From Octopus sinensis (lineage: Eukaryota), in contig NC_043003.1 in NCBI RefSeq assembly GCF_006345805.1, forward strand, positions 106,330,001 through 106,394,000: 64,000 bases of DNA, in the 5' to 3' direction. Positions 51,150 through 63,100 of this stretch are shown here, in pieces (the stretch's first letter is position 1; each line of letters opens with the position of its first letter). The notes beneath the pieces are model-generated. The model searched no databases, was not told where the DNA came from, and saw only the letters and a program-made list of their open reading frames with translations. Both the position numbers and the translations under genes were made by a program.

Positions 51150-51450
51150 ACCATTTCAAGGCCTTCGTCTCTGTAGCTTTACAGCACACCAGCTCCCCTC
51201 ACTGAAGTGACACCCCCACCTGCTATTTCGACTGACGAGTATTTGACCCCAACTCCATTTCAGGATTATCCAGTCAGATTTCATCACACCTGGAATTTCT
51301 TTTCTAATTCTGCTAAATATTCACCTGTAATAATAAGATTATTCCATGGCCATCCAGTTTTAAATTCCTTTGCTATGGCCGGCAGGACTCTGATGAATAG
51401 AAGTGGACTAAGAACTGAGCCTTGGTAAGCCCCTGCCTGCACACTGAATT
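51150..51450 (-). mobile_element. RTE RT fragment
   Basis: QGSVLSPLLFI...EFKTGWPW matches the RT at 58270. Confidence 0.85.
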
Positions 51451-51529
51451 CATCAGTGTACATAGTGTACACATATATATACATAGTAAGATCCATTAGG
51501 TCCATAATAATAATAATGAAATTATTGTA

Positions 51530-52090
51530 TACAGTGCTCAGGTGCACCACAACTTGTCAGAAAGTGTATATAAAGTAAATGCAGTAATGTAAAAGTGTCT
51601 GGAAAGCGAACAATGTATGAGTCAGATACATGCTTGTATGTGTATGGAGGGGAGAAAATCAGGTGTAGTGTTAGTGAATCTCAGAAAGCATGGAAGTTTT
51701 GAAGGATGCAGTGCTCCGACAACTAACAACTGATGTCGGCAGTTTGTTCCATGCTTCAGCAACTCTCAGCATGAAAAAATGTTTCCTGAAGTCATGGGAG
51801 CTGTGCTGTTTTCTGACTTTGTAAATATGTCCACGGGTGATAGATGGGTGGAGTTTGAAAAGGTGCTCAGAGTTTAATTTTATGGGTGTCTGCCAAGTCA
51901 GCTGCCAGACGTCGGAGTTTCAATGTGTCCATGCCCAGGTAAAAGGAATCAACGTTTCCTATACTCTTCTCTCTTCACAAATCTTCCAACTCAATTTCCA
52001 AGTGTTTTGGACAATGTAAGGGAGATAACTACTGTTAATACTGTATGAAAGGTCTTTCTAGTTTGAACAACTGAACTGTCTTCATGACGT
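51530..52090 (-). mobile_element. CR1-clade LINE 3' fragment
   Basis: RGHIYKVRKQHSSHDFRKHFF.LRVAEAWNKLP remnant. Confidence 0.8.
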
Positions 52091-52303
52091 ATATATATAT
52101 ATATGTAGTACACACGCGCACATAGGCACACACACACACACACACACACACACGTACGTACGTATGTATATATGATAGCCGTGTTTCAGTTCCCATCTAC
52201 CAAATCCACTCACAAGAAACTATAGTAGAAGACATTTGTGGTGGGAATGAACCCAGAGCCATGTGGTTGGGAAGCAAACTGCTACCACAGCCAGATACAT
52301 ATA

Positions 52304-52340
<37 letters not shown>

Positions 52341-52709
52341 CTGGTGTGTGTATATATATATATCTACGCAGGAGTGGCTATGTGGTAAGTAGCTGCTTAC
52401 GGACCACATGGTTCCCGGTTCAGTCCCACTACGTAGAACCTAGGGCAATTGTCTTCTACTATAGCCTCGTGCCGACTAAAGTCTCTCTTGTGAGTGGATT
52501 TGGTAGACGGAAACTGAAAGAAGCCCGTCGTGTATATATATTTAATGTAGGATAAAATTTTTTCGAAAAAAAAAAAAAAGAGTAGGTCAAAAAACACATC
52601 TGTGGCCCTTTCAGGAGTTCACTGTTGCAGTCCGATTGCAAGTGAAAGCGCAACTCGGCAATGACCCCCTCATCAGGATGAACAGAACCCTCTAGGAAAT
52701 TCACAATCA

Positions 52710-53020
52710 AGTCAATTCAATTCAATTTTTATTGGCTCAAAAAGCAAAAGCAAGGCCATGTAGGGGGACAGGGAGTTATGTACAGGGAGGGTGGTCATAC
52801 AAAGAGTTCAGGCCATTTCTGGACAAGAGAGTCTTTGAACCGAGCGGTCGTCGGCATCTTCACTATCTCGTCCGGCAGCTTACTCCACGGATCCGCAACC
52901 CGGACGGAGAAAGCCCCCTCTCCTTCGATTGAGATGAAATCGTCGTAGATAGAGCTTTTCGGAGTGACCCCGCAACCCACGCTGCGTCTTTCACAAAAGT
53001 TACAATACGACGTCATAATA
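52710..53020 (-). mobile_element. CR1-clade LINE 3' end, second family
   Basis: RGHSEKLYLRRFHLNRRRGAFSVRVADPWSKLPDEIV...FKDSL..KW-stop and (TTGAA)n tail. Confidence 0.85.
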
Positions 53021-53870
53021 CCCATTCGGATATTATCTTTAGTTAGGACCTGCTGGATAGATCCCAACCTTATGCTCAAAAAACTTCCCATTGTCTTTTG
53101 AAGGACCACAAGCCTGATTTTTTATCAAATCCTTCGATTAGATTAATCTGCCCAACCAAGTTTGATCTGGGCAGAATTAGTAAGAATATTACTGATAGGA
53201 TTATTCCCATCATTAGGATAAGTTTCAACTTCTTCCCCTATGGAACTTTACTGGGGATGTTATTTTATGGTTTGACTCTCTTACTGATAAGCCTAATTTA
53301 GACATTATCCAGTTTGATATTTCCTTTTACCCCATATTGCTAAATAAGGCTTTGATTATCGCTCGGAAATTTACGAATATCCCTAGTTTGGATAATGATG
53401 TCATTTTAGCAGTAAGGGAGACCCTCATTTCACTCAACGAGCGTAATTGGAGGAGGGCTGATTCCACCAACTTCTTTGTTATTACTTTGGGGCTCCTCGG
53501 ATTAAGCACAGGCGACCGATTTAGTGGGCCTATATCCCCTTTCGCAGATTAAGGATAGTTTTACCCTCCTTACTGGGGGATTATATAGGGATGATCCACT
53601 TCTAGTCCAAAACTGCATTGACTAGATTAAAGAAATATTTGAGAAATTTCATAAAAGATTTCTTTAATCGTAACATTATTTTTTATGTTAAATCCAGAAT
53701 GGTAATTTCTTGGGCGTTATTTTTGAATTTGGATACTTCCGTGCTTATATATGTATTTCTTTTAGGCGAAAATAAAGAATACGTATTCCTGGTGTTTAGG
53801 GTCAGGTTTTTTGTTATGCCAAAAACGGGTGGTGTACCTATTCTTTATTTCCGCCCTTCTTTCATATGTT
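53020..53870 (+). pseudogene. Penelope-like element reverse transcriptase relic
   Basis: LKDHKPDFLSNPSIRLICPTKFDLGRISK, LNKALIIARKF...FFVITLG, GLYRDD (YRDD at 53584-53595) and NFLGV motifs, broken by frameshifts and stops. Confidence 0.85.
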
Positions 53871-54029
53871 GAAGTCCATGGTATTATATGTATATGATGG
53901 AATGTAGAGAAGCGTGAAGTTACATAAAGTCGTTGGCCCTAATTGACCGTTTGTCCTCTAATTAATGATTTTTTTTTTGTCTCTACCTCAATTTCACTTG
54001 AGCGTTTTTTTTTTGCAGTTCTATATATA

Positions 54030-54250
54030 TTTCTTTACTACCCACAGGGGGGGGGGACAAACAAGGACAGACAAAGGGATTAAGACGATTACATCGACCC
54101 CAGTGCGTAAGTGGTACTTAATTTATCGACCCTGAAAGGATGAAAGGCAAAGTCGACCTTGGCGGAATTTGAACTCAGAACGTAACGGCAGACGAAATAC
54201 GGCCACGCATTTCGCTCGGCGTGCTTAACGAGTCTGCCAGCTCGCCGCCT
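54030..54250 (-). mobile_element. SINE family B
   Basis: Full head and body. Confidence 0.9.
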
Positions 54251-54295
54251 TCATATATCTTTTGTTTCCATGAAAAGAAACGAAAATTATTTCTT

Positions 54296-54360
<65 letters not shown>

Positions 54361-54429
54361 GTACACACACACACGAGAGGATGCTGGAATGTTCCTGGCT
54401 TTGAATAAAAGAAAATACAGGAGGATCAG

Positions 54430-54584
54430 TTAATAATGATTTTATTCAATATATTCCCCTCTCAGATTCACACATTTATTACACCAGTCCTCCAGTCTTT
54501 CTAAGCCCTGTAAAAAAACTCGGAAGGTTGAACCTCCAACCAGGTCTTTCGCGACACCCTTAAACCGGAGAACTTTTCAACACC

Positions 54585-54587
<3 letters not shown>
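54430..54587 (-). mobile_element. Mariner-derived non-autonomous fragment
   Basis: TIR-like GGGGTGTTGAAAAGTTC then PSEFF.QGLERLEDWCNKCVNLRGEYIE-stop. Confidence 0.65.
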
Positions 54588-54624
<37 letters not shown>

Positions 54625-54669
54625 AGCTATATATATGGTATAAAAGACACGAACGTATTAGACGTAGCA

Positions 54670-54895
54670 CAAGGCGGCGAGCTGGCAGAAACGTTAGCAC
54701 GCCGGGCGAAATGCGTAGCCGTATTTCGTCTGGCATTACGTTCTGAGTTCAAATTCCGCCGAGGTCGACTTTGCCTTTCATCCTTTCGGGGTCGATAAAT
54801 TAAGTACCAGTTACGCCCTGGGGTCGATGTAATCAACATAATCCGTTTGTGCCCTCTGTGTTTAGCTTCTTGTGGGCAGTAGTGAAATACATATT
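54670..54895 (+). mobile_element. SINE family B, young subfamily
   Basis: Near-consensus. Confidence 0.92.
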
Positions 54896-55196
54896 CAGGG
54901 AAAAAAGTTTTTAGTTCATTAAAACTTATGGGGAAACACAACTTTGCGTACAGGTTCTGATGGTATTCTTTCTTTTTCATTTCTGTTTCTCTCTTTGTGT
55001 GTGTGTGTGTGTTTTATATACTATCAGATGTGGTAGTTTATAATCTTCTAAAACGTGTCAATAGTATGATGGAAAGTTTCTAGAAACGAAACTATTTCTC
55101 TTCGACGTTGTCACTCGAGAACTTAATGTAAATAGTCAATTTGATTAGAATTTATGTTATGTTAGGGAGCTAATTTTCTTTCCTATTAATTAATAT

Positions 55197-55588
55197 AGGC
55201 GTAGGAGTGGCTGTGTGGTAAGTAGCTTGCTTACCAACCACATGGTTTCGGGTTTTGTCCCACTGCGTGGCACCTTGGGCAAGTGTCTTCTACTATAGCC
55301 TCGGGTCGACCAATGCCTTGTGAGTGGATTTGTTAGGCGGAAAGTGAAAGAAGCCCGTCGTATATATGTATATATGTGTGTTTGTGTGTCTGTTTGTCCC
55401 CCCAACATTGCTTGACAACCGATGGTGGTGTGTTTACGTTCCCGTAACTTAGCGGTTCGGCAAAAGTGACCGATAGAATAAATACTAGGCTTACAAAGAA
55501 TAAGTCCTGGGGTCGATTTGCTCGACTAAAGGCGGTGCTCCAGCATGGCCACTGTCAAATTACTGAAACAAGTAAAAGAGTAAAGAGT
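55197..55588 (+). mobile_element. SINE family A, full length
   Basis: Consensus-like. Confidence 0.92.
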
Positions 55589-55808
55589 AATTAATTAATT
55601 GATTAATTATTTATCCAATTTACTACTAAGAAGTTCAAAGATCAATATAGTTCTAAAAACGAGGGAAAAAAATGGAAAAACTTCTATATTCTGCTAATCA
55701 AACGGTAACAAAATAATATAAACTCTTTAAATTAGGGAATATTTTAAAATTAGGGACGATATTTAAATTAGGGAAAATCTTTAAACAAGGAGCGAGAGAT
55801 TTGAAATT

Positions 55809-55943
55809 CCGCCTAGCGACCAAAGACCAAACGATATTCAGATTCGGTTAAGGTCCGCTGTTGCTAGGCAACACAACGCCAGACTCTTAGAGTGCTGGAA
55901 TTTCGTTACTTCGTTTAAAAGTCGAGTGAGTCATAACGTAAGT
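55809..55943 (+). promoter_or_regulatory. RFX X-box promoter and candidate non-coding first exon
   Basis: GTTGCTAGGCAAC at 55860-55872, a second half-site CCTAGCGAC at 55812-55820, and donors GTGAGT (55926) and GTAAGT (55938), in CpG-rich non-repeat sequence. Confidence 0.65.
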
Positions 55944-57294
55944 AAATTCAGTCGCCTTTTAATTGTTTTTATATAAACATATTTTATTGAATTTTTAGTT
56001 TGAAAGAAAATAATGGTTGTTCACACGCTTAAAATTGATGAGAAAAAGAAAGTTTACTTAGCTAAATCGAAACAGCGGACACATGCTTACCTACAACGAA
56101 AACCGACCTCAATAACTATAAACTCACAAAACAAAACCCAGTTTGAACTGATTTTACTAGTTTTTATAGAAGTTGTATTGATGAGACTTGGGATCCGAAG
56201 TCCAGTATTGTGACAACAAGGTTGAAAAACATTGCGTCAGTGTGTAAACATAGACATTAAGCCCTATTCACAAACATGCGAGCGCTCGCACTCCTACACG
56301 CTTACAGAGAGGATGAGAGGGTGTAAGCCAAGGTTTTTACCAGGACCCACCCATATCACTATTAAAAATAAAATTAGAGAAAACGCAATTCTTATAAGCG
56401 GTAGGTGCAGTTGTGTTTGTGTGTGTGTGTGTAACTGGGTTGTCCAAAGGAAAACAGCCGCCCAGATTCAGGTAGTTTTATGACACTTGATACTGTAATA
56501 ACGAATTTACTTTAAAATATACACAATCTATAATTTTCTCTTCATGTTCATTTTTGCCTCCTCCCGATTCTATACAGTCTAATACAACAGACCCAAATGT
56601 GGAGCCCCCGTAAAAGCGAAAGTACCGCCCCATAAAAGCATCGCCGGGGCAGACTGTCGCCAGACTTTGCTCACTCGGCTACGCTACTGTTTCCCCAAGT
56701 TGTCTCGAAATGATAGGTTATGGTTAACTGAGAGAGGAAATTAGTTGAATTAATGCTCTCTTTCAAACTTGAAAAAATTATTGTTGGGACAGAGGTATAA
56801 GGTAAGGATTACGTGAACAGTAGAGAGGGGAAGATTCCTTTGTGAGAAACGAAGGTTTGCCCAAAAGACTCTGAACGGTGTTTTGGAGGTGAAATCTATT
56901 TAAGTTTATGAATACTGGCACGAAAATGTATCGAATATTATTCAAAATGATAAAGAAAAATTAATGGGCTTGGATATTGGCAAGGTGAGTTTGCAAGGAC
57001 ATAAAGCATACGAGCGACTGAGTTGATAATGGAATGTCCGACCAACTTAGAGGATAGTCGTTTATATTCTGTGTCTGGTTACGCAATGCTTTGTTATTGT
57101 TGCTGTTCTTACAGCTGTCGTTGTTAACTTTGTTCCAGTCCGACTCTGATAAAAAAAACAGACCCGTGATCGATAATGTTCCGTACTGACTTATTTTCAA
57201 ACTTAATATATTTAAAATTGCGTTATGTAATGTCTTCTTTCTGGGTGGTAGGGAAGGAGGTAACTTTCATTTAATTTTTTTTTTTAATGTTTTG

Positions 57295-57750
57295 TTAGCT
57301 TTTACTTGTTTCAGTCGTTGGACTGCGGCCATGCTGGAGCATAGCCTCGAAGCCTTTAACAAATTGATCCTACTACATACTTTTAAGTTTGGTACTGATT
57401 CTATCGGTTCCTTTTGCCGAACTCCTAAGTTATAGGGTCGTAAACAAACCAACACCAGTCGTCAAGCACTGAGAGAAAGACAACACACACACGCACATAC
57501 ACACACACACGCACGCGCGCGCGCGCACACACACACACACACACTTTGTCAATACATGTTTTGAATCCAGAAGAAATTTCTTTACCGATGTACAATGTTA
57601 ACACATGTCACTGTAGAGGTAGGCTTCAATACAGTTTCCATCAACCAAATTCACTCAAAAGCCATTGCTTAGTAGAAAACACTTGCCCAAGATATTGTGC
57701 AGTGAGTCTGAACCCAAAACCATGTGGTTCAAAGCAAGCTTCTTAACTAC
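57295..57750 (-). mobile_element. SINE family A, diverged
   Basis: Tail and head fragments around (CA)n/(CG)n. Confidence 0.7.
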
Positions 57751-57960
57751 ACAGGAGATTTAGCTATTATTTTTAGCAGGTTCAATGACAACATGGAGGC
57801 TCCCTCATGTTTTGTGCCTGTGGTTGAGTGACTTTATTCTGGGACAGCTCAGTCCATCTAGCTGTAAATGGGTAATCACATGGGTAAATACTTCTCACTG
57901 CTCGTAAGTCTCAGCATCAGTTTAAAATTGTTGAGTTTAAAGGATGCTGAGAATGTTAAC

Positions 57961-58126
57961 AGGCGCAGGAGTGGCTGTCTGGTAAATAGCTTGCTAACCA
58001 ACCACATGGTTCCGGGTTCAGTCCCACTGCGTGGCACCTTGGGCAAGTGTCTTCTGCTATAGCCTCAGGCCGACCAATGCCTTGTGAGTGGATTTGTTAG
58101 ACGGAAACTGAAAGAATCCTGTCGTA

Positions 58127-58168
<42 letters not shown>

Positions 58169-59876
58169 TGAAGAATGGCTAATAAGGGCTTACAGGCTCT
58201 ATACAGAGAGGCTGTCAGCAAGGTTAGGATTGGCAACGATATAGTGAAGAATTCCGGGTAGAAGTAGGTGTGCACCAGGGCTCAGCCCTCAGTCCCCTTT
58301 TATTCATCATAGTCCTTCAGGCAATAACAGAGGAATTCAAAACGGGATGCCCCTGGGAGCTCCTCTATGCCGATGACCTAGCTCTCATGGCAGAATCACT
58401 ACCGGAACTAGAAGAGAAATTTCGGGTGTGGAAGCAAGGGTTGGAATCAAAGGGCCTTAGAATAAATGTAGCAAAGACCAAAGTATTAGTAAGCAGACAA
58501 GAGGTACTCAGCACACATCCCTCGGGTAGGTGGCCCTGCTCAACCTGTAGGAAAGGTACAGGTAGAAACTCCATAAGATGCACCCAATGTAAGTTATGGA
58601 CACATAAGAGGGCAGCAACATTAAAGGGAAATTAACAGATAAGATAGCTTTCATGTGCGGCAGATGCACAGGGACAATAGACACAACAGACACTCAGAAA
58701 AAGATTCCATCACACTCCAGGGAGAGAAACTAGAAGTAGTTGATAGTTTCCGCTACCTGGGTGACCAAGTTAGTAGCGGAGGTGGATGCACAGAGAGTAT
58801 CACCACTAGAATACGAAATAGCCTGGGCAAAGTTCAGAAAGCTCCTACCCCTACTGGCAACAAAAGGTCTCTCCTCAGAGCAAAAGGTAGATTGTATGAT
58901 GCATGTGTGCGAACTGCCATGCTTCACAGTAATGAAACTTGGGCTGTGACTGCAGAAGACATGCGTAGACTTGAAAGAAATGAAGCTAGCATGATCCGCT
59001 GGGTGTAGTGTCAGTGTGCACGCAAGCAGAGTGTAAGCATCCTGAGAGAAATGCTGGATATAAGAAGCATCAGATGTGGTGTGCAAGAGCGACGCTTGCG
59101 ATGGTATGGTCATGTGCTGCGGATGGATGAAGAGATGTGTGAAGAAGTGCCACTCCCAAACAGTTGAAGGTATCAGGGGGAGAGGTAGACCCAGGAAGAC
59201 ATGGGATGAGGTGGTCAAGCATGACCTCAGAGCATTGGCCTCACTGAGGCAATGGCGAAGGACCGAGATCTCTGGAGATATGCTGTGACTACAAAGACCC
59301 GGGCTGCTTTCTGCAGCAATTCCACATACCCCCTACCCATTCTAAGTACCCCGGATCCCCAAAGTACCCTGGATCCCCAAAGTACCCCGATCCCCAAAGT
59401 ACCCCCGTGCCGCTGACACGTTAAAATGCTCGAACGATCGTGACCGATGCCGGACCCTCCGCCCCTGTGCAGGTGGCACGTAAAAAGCACCCAATCCACT
59501 CACGGAGTGGTTGGCGTTAGGAAGGGCATCCAGCTGTAGAAACTCTGCCAGATTCAGACTGGAGCCTGGAGCGGCCCCTGGCTTCCCAGACCCGGTCGAA
59601 CCGTCCAACCCGTGCTAGCGCGGAAAGCGGACATTAAACGATGATGATGATGATGATGATGATGTGTGTGTGTGTTTGTCCCCCTAGCATTGCTTGACAA
59701 CCGATGCTGGTGTGTTGACGTCCCCGTCACTTAGCGGTTCGGCAAAAGAGACCGATAGAATAAGTATTGGGCTTACAAAGAATAAGTCCCGGGGTCGATT
59801 TGCTCGACTAAAGGCGGTGCTCCAGCATGGCCGCGGTCAAATGACTGAAACAAGTAAAAGAGTAAAGAGTAAAGAG
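57961..59876 (+). mobile_element. SINE family A split by an RTE insertion (5' half 57961-58165, 3' half 59664-59876)
   Basis: The 5' half ends in (TA)n and the 3' half resumes with (TG)nTTTGTCCCCCTAGC. Confidence 0.9.
58166..59663 (+). mobile_element. 5'-truncated RTE-clade LINE: RT, Cys-rich finger, 3' region and (GAT)n tail
   Basis: HQGSALSPLLF...YADD...FRYLG...RWYGHV..M...RGRGRPRKTW, with a few frameshifts and a stop; the family C core follows. Confidence 0.95.
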
Positions 59877-59914
59877 AGTTTAAAGACTCTTTTTTTAAGC
59901 TAATTATGTGTATT

Positions 59915-60090
59915 TACACACTGCTGAGGAGAGCACGAGTCAGGTAGGGCAGGCCATCTTGTTCAAATATGTGACATACAATTCCTCAAGAGACTGTTTT
60001 ACAGGAACTGATGGGAGGCAAGTGCATGCAGGGTGGACCGAAAAGGCACTTCAAGGATACACTCAAAACCCTTCAATGAGACTTAGAAGG
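59915..60090 (+). mobile_element. RTE/BovB-like LINE C-terminal fragment
   Basis: AGHLVQI.D...KRLFY.EL..GK..QGGPKRHFKDTLK remnant. Confidence 0.7.
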
Positions 60091-60208
60091 GCTCCTAAGC
60101 TCAATCATGATGAGAATTTCTAATCACAGGTAGCCATGTTTTGTGCCATTTCATTCTTATTTGAAATTGTGTGCATGACATAACTTGAAGCTGGTTTCAA
60201 GAGAAAAC

Positions 60209-60464
60209 CAGTGGTTTTCAATCATTATTTGCCTATGAAACCCTTTGATTTGTATTTTACTCGGGTGGACCCTCATAAACATTTGATATTTTAAAAAATC
60301 CAATTATATTCTCATTATCAAATATTATTGGGAATTGTATTTTAAAAAATGTTAAAATATTTTGTGTATGGTAGAAGTATAAACTATTCATTTTACATAA
60401 ATTTTAAAAACAAAATCTTATAGGGACACTGAATGGTCACAGGGACCTCAATTGAGAACCCCTG
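60209..60464. mobile_element. hAT-type MITE
   Basis: TIRs CAGTGGTTTTCAA and TTGAGAACCCCTG; 8-bp flanks GAGAAAAC and CAGTAAAC match at 6 of 8 positions. Confidence 0.65.
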
Positions 60465-61127
60465 CAGTAAACATTTAAAGTGGGTGGAAAATGAGCAATG
60501 GTAACATAGGGCCAAGTGAGCCCTTTTGTTTTGTCAAAGACATGACAAAAGACATGACAACCGCTCTTGTGAGGGTATCAAGATAAAATGCACTCAATAC
60601 ATCCTGTAAAGTACTTAGTAAGGGTCACAATCCTAGAAACCTTGTCAAAAGTGGAACATATGCAGCAAGATGTGGTCCTCCAACATACTCCAAAAGTACC
60701 ATCTTATATCCTCACACTCATCAGGCTGGTTACCTGCTTTCCATGGTGTACAAATGACTGAGATGACAACATTCCCCCTGGATGGGAAGCCAGTCCCTCA
60801 CAGTTACTCAATGCATGTGTGTATGTATGTATGTGTGTATGCGTGTGTGTATGCATGCAAGTGTGCTTGTGTGTGTATGTGTGCTTGTGTGTATGCATGC
60901 TTGTGTGTGTGTATGTGTGTATGTATGCATGTGTGTGTGCATGCATATGAGTGTGTATATGTGCATGTGTGTATGTATGTATGCATGCATGTGAGTTTAT
61001 GTATGCATGCATGTGTGCATGCATGTGCGTGTGTGTGTGTGTGTGTAGCCTTGTCTTGGCATTACATGATGGTTGTAAACAATCATCACCATCATACTAG
61101 CAGTGTCGTTCATTAAAACTGAATGTA

Positions 61128-61689
61128 CAAGGGTGAGTCAAAAAGTAATGCCATTTTGTTTAGGGCAGGTATAATTACCAATGCACGAACATGTATCATA
61201 CATGAAAATGAAGCTGGTCCTCTGTGGATCACATCCCTACTTCTCAACATTGTCACCACTTCTCTCAATAGCAAAGTTCCACCTTCAAATGAGAGCATGT
61301 ATCCTTGCCCTGTAAAATTCTGTTGACTGTTCTTTGAGCCACTTCTTGTTCACTAGAGTTTTCACTTCCTCGTCACTGGAATAATGTTTGCCTCTCAAAC
61401 TCTCTTTCGTGGTGCCAAATAGATGATAGTTTGAAGGCACTAAATCTGGTGAGTGTGGAGGTAGTGAAGAAGAGGCTCAAAGAACAGTCAACAGAATTTT
61501 ACGGGGCAGGGATACATGCCCTCATTCAAAGGTGGAACATTGCTATTGAGAGAAACGATGACTATTTTGAGAAGTAGGGATGTGATCCACAGAGGACCAG
61601 CTTCACTTTGATGTATGATACATGTTCCTGCGTTGTTAGTAATTATACCTGTCCTAAACAAAATGGCTTTACTTTTTGACTCACCCTCG
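61128..61689. mobile_element. Mariner-derived foldback element with ~220-bp inverted arms
   Basis: Arms 61128-61347 and 61467-61689 with TA flanks; minus strand encodes HSPDLVPSNYHLFG...WLKEQSTEFY (mariner YSPDLAPSD motif, D to N). Confidence 0.92.
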
Positions 61690-61738
61690 TAAAAAATAAT
61701 GACTTCCTTTTGCAGGTTTTGCCAGTCAAAGAGAAAAA

Positions 61739-61856
61739 ATGACATTATCATTGTCAGAAATAGAGAAATATATCCAAAAATTGTGCCAAACCAAACGGAT
61801 AAGAATCCAACAGTTTTTTCAAGACTATGATTCCCTGAGGTCAGGTTATGTGACAG
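61739..61856 (+). CDS. First coding exon of an EF-hand-pair protein
   Basis: Acceptor TTCCTTTTGCAG at 61715, AAAAAATG start, MTLSLSEIEKYIQKLCQTKRIRIQQFFQDYDSLRSGYVT, phase-1 donor AG|GTAATA. Confidence 0.85.
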
Positions 61857-63100
61857 GTAATAATCGTTTGTAATTTTTAGCACAAAGCCATCAACCCCAG
61901 TACATGGCTGGTATTTATTTTATCAACTCTGGAACAATGAAAGGCAAAATTGCCTTTGGTGGCATTTGAACTTAGAACATAAACTGGAAGAAGTGCTGCC
62001 AAGTTTTTTAGTTATGCCATATGAATTCGAAATGTCTTTCAAAGTTTCTGAATTCTCATGATGTCAGCAATTTATAATTCTCATTGGTAATGGACAGAGA
62101 AATTTGAAGGACTGCTTTGGCCCAATGGTAGAATGTCTGTCACACTTACAGGATATGTGGGTTCAAGTCCCATGGCAATCTTTGATGTTTTCCATCAAAA
62201 GGGTTTTTTAACCCAATATTTACAAGCTATTATTACCCTGGGCACATAAACGAAAACTGGGTATTGTGATAACTTGCCTTTGTCTGTGTGTTTGCAAAGT
62301 TACTGGAAAATGGCTGAATGAATTTTCCCCAAATTTGGTAGAAATACTCAGTGGGTGAGTGGCTCAAAATTATGGAAATTTGGTTTGATTATCTTCAAAC
62401 ATAAATCAATACATACATAGATATGTGATTGTGTGTGTGTGTATAGTGTTGGATTCAAGGGTTTTGTTTATTTATGAGTTGATTGCTTAATTTCAGTGGA
62501 GTATAAACATGTATGATGGTGATACTTAAAAGAAATAAAATTCTTTTAGAATCAAACTTATAAATTTCCCGATAAGCAAGTGGATATATTATTCATATCG
62601 TACAACAAACTACAGCACATGTGATTCACCTGCCATCATTGAAAGACACTATACTATACAATATTTTCTATAAGTATTTCATTTTGTTCACTTCCTTTTT
62701 CATATGAATCGACCCTCGTCTTTGTGTGTAGAGATCATGGTGTACCTATGCGTGTAGACACATGTGAGTACATACATACATACATAAATATATACATATA
62801 TATGTGACTGTGTGTGTGTGTGTACAGTGATGGATTCAAGGGTTTCATTTATTTACAAGTTGTTTTCTTAATTTCATTGTTCTTAGGCTTCTAATCCTCT
62901 TTCAGTCAAACACAAAGCTTAATTCAATTCAGTTAAAAAGTATGAGAAAGCCATGCATTGTAAGTCATATTATAATTTGTGAAAAACTTTATCTGTGCAC
63001 AGGGGATGCATCACCCTAGCCTTTTTATTTTTCATTTACAGCATTTTCTACTTCGAGTTCCATCCTTAAAAATATTTTTTCCTTGTCTTTTATTTATTAG

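Noticed and set aside
52650-52682. Second possible hammerhead (minus strand CTGATGA GGGGG TCAT TGCC GAGTT) near the Penelope relic
   Set aside because: GAAA is replaced by GAGT and there is no stem I partner; at best a decayed remnant.
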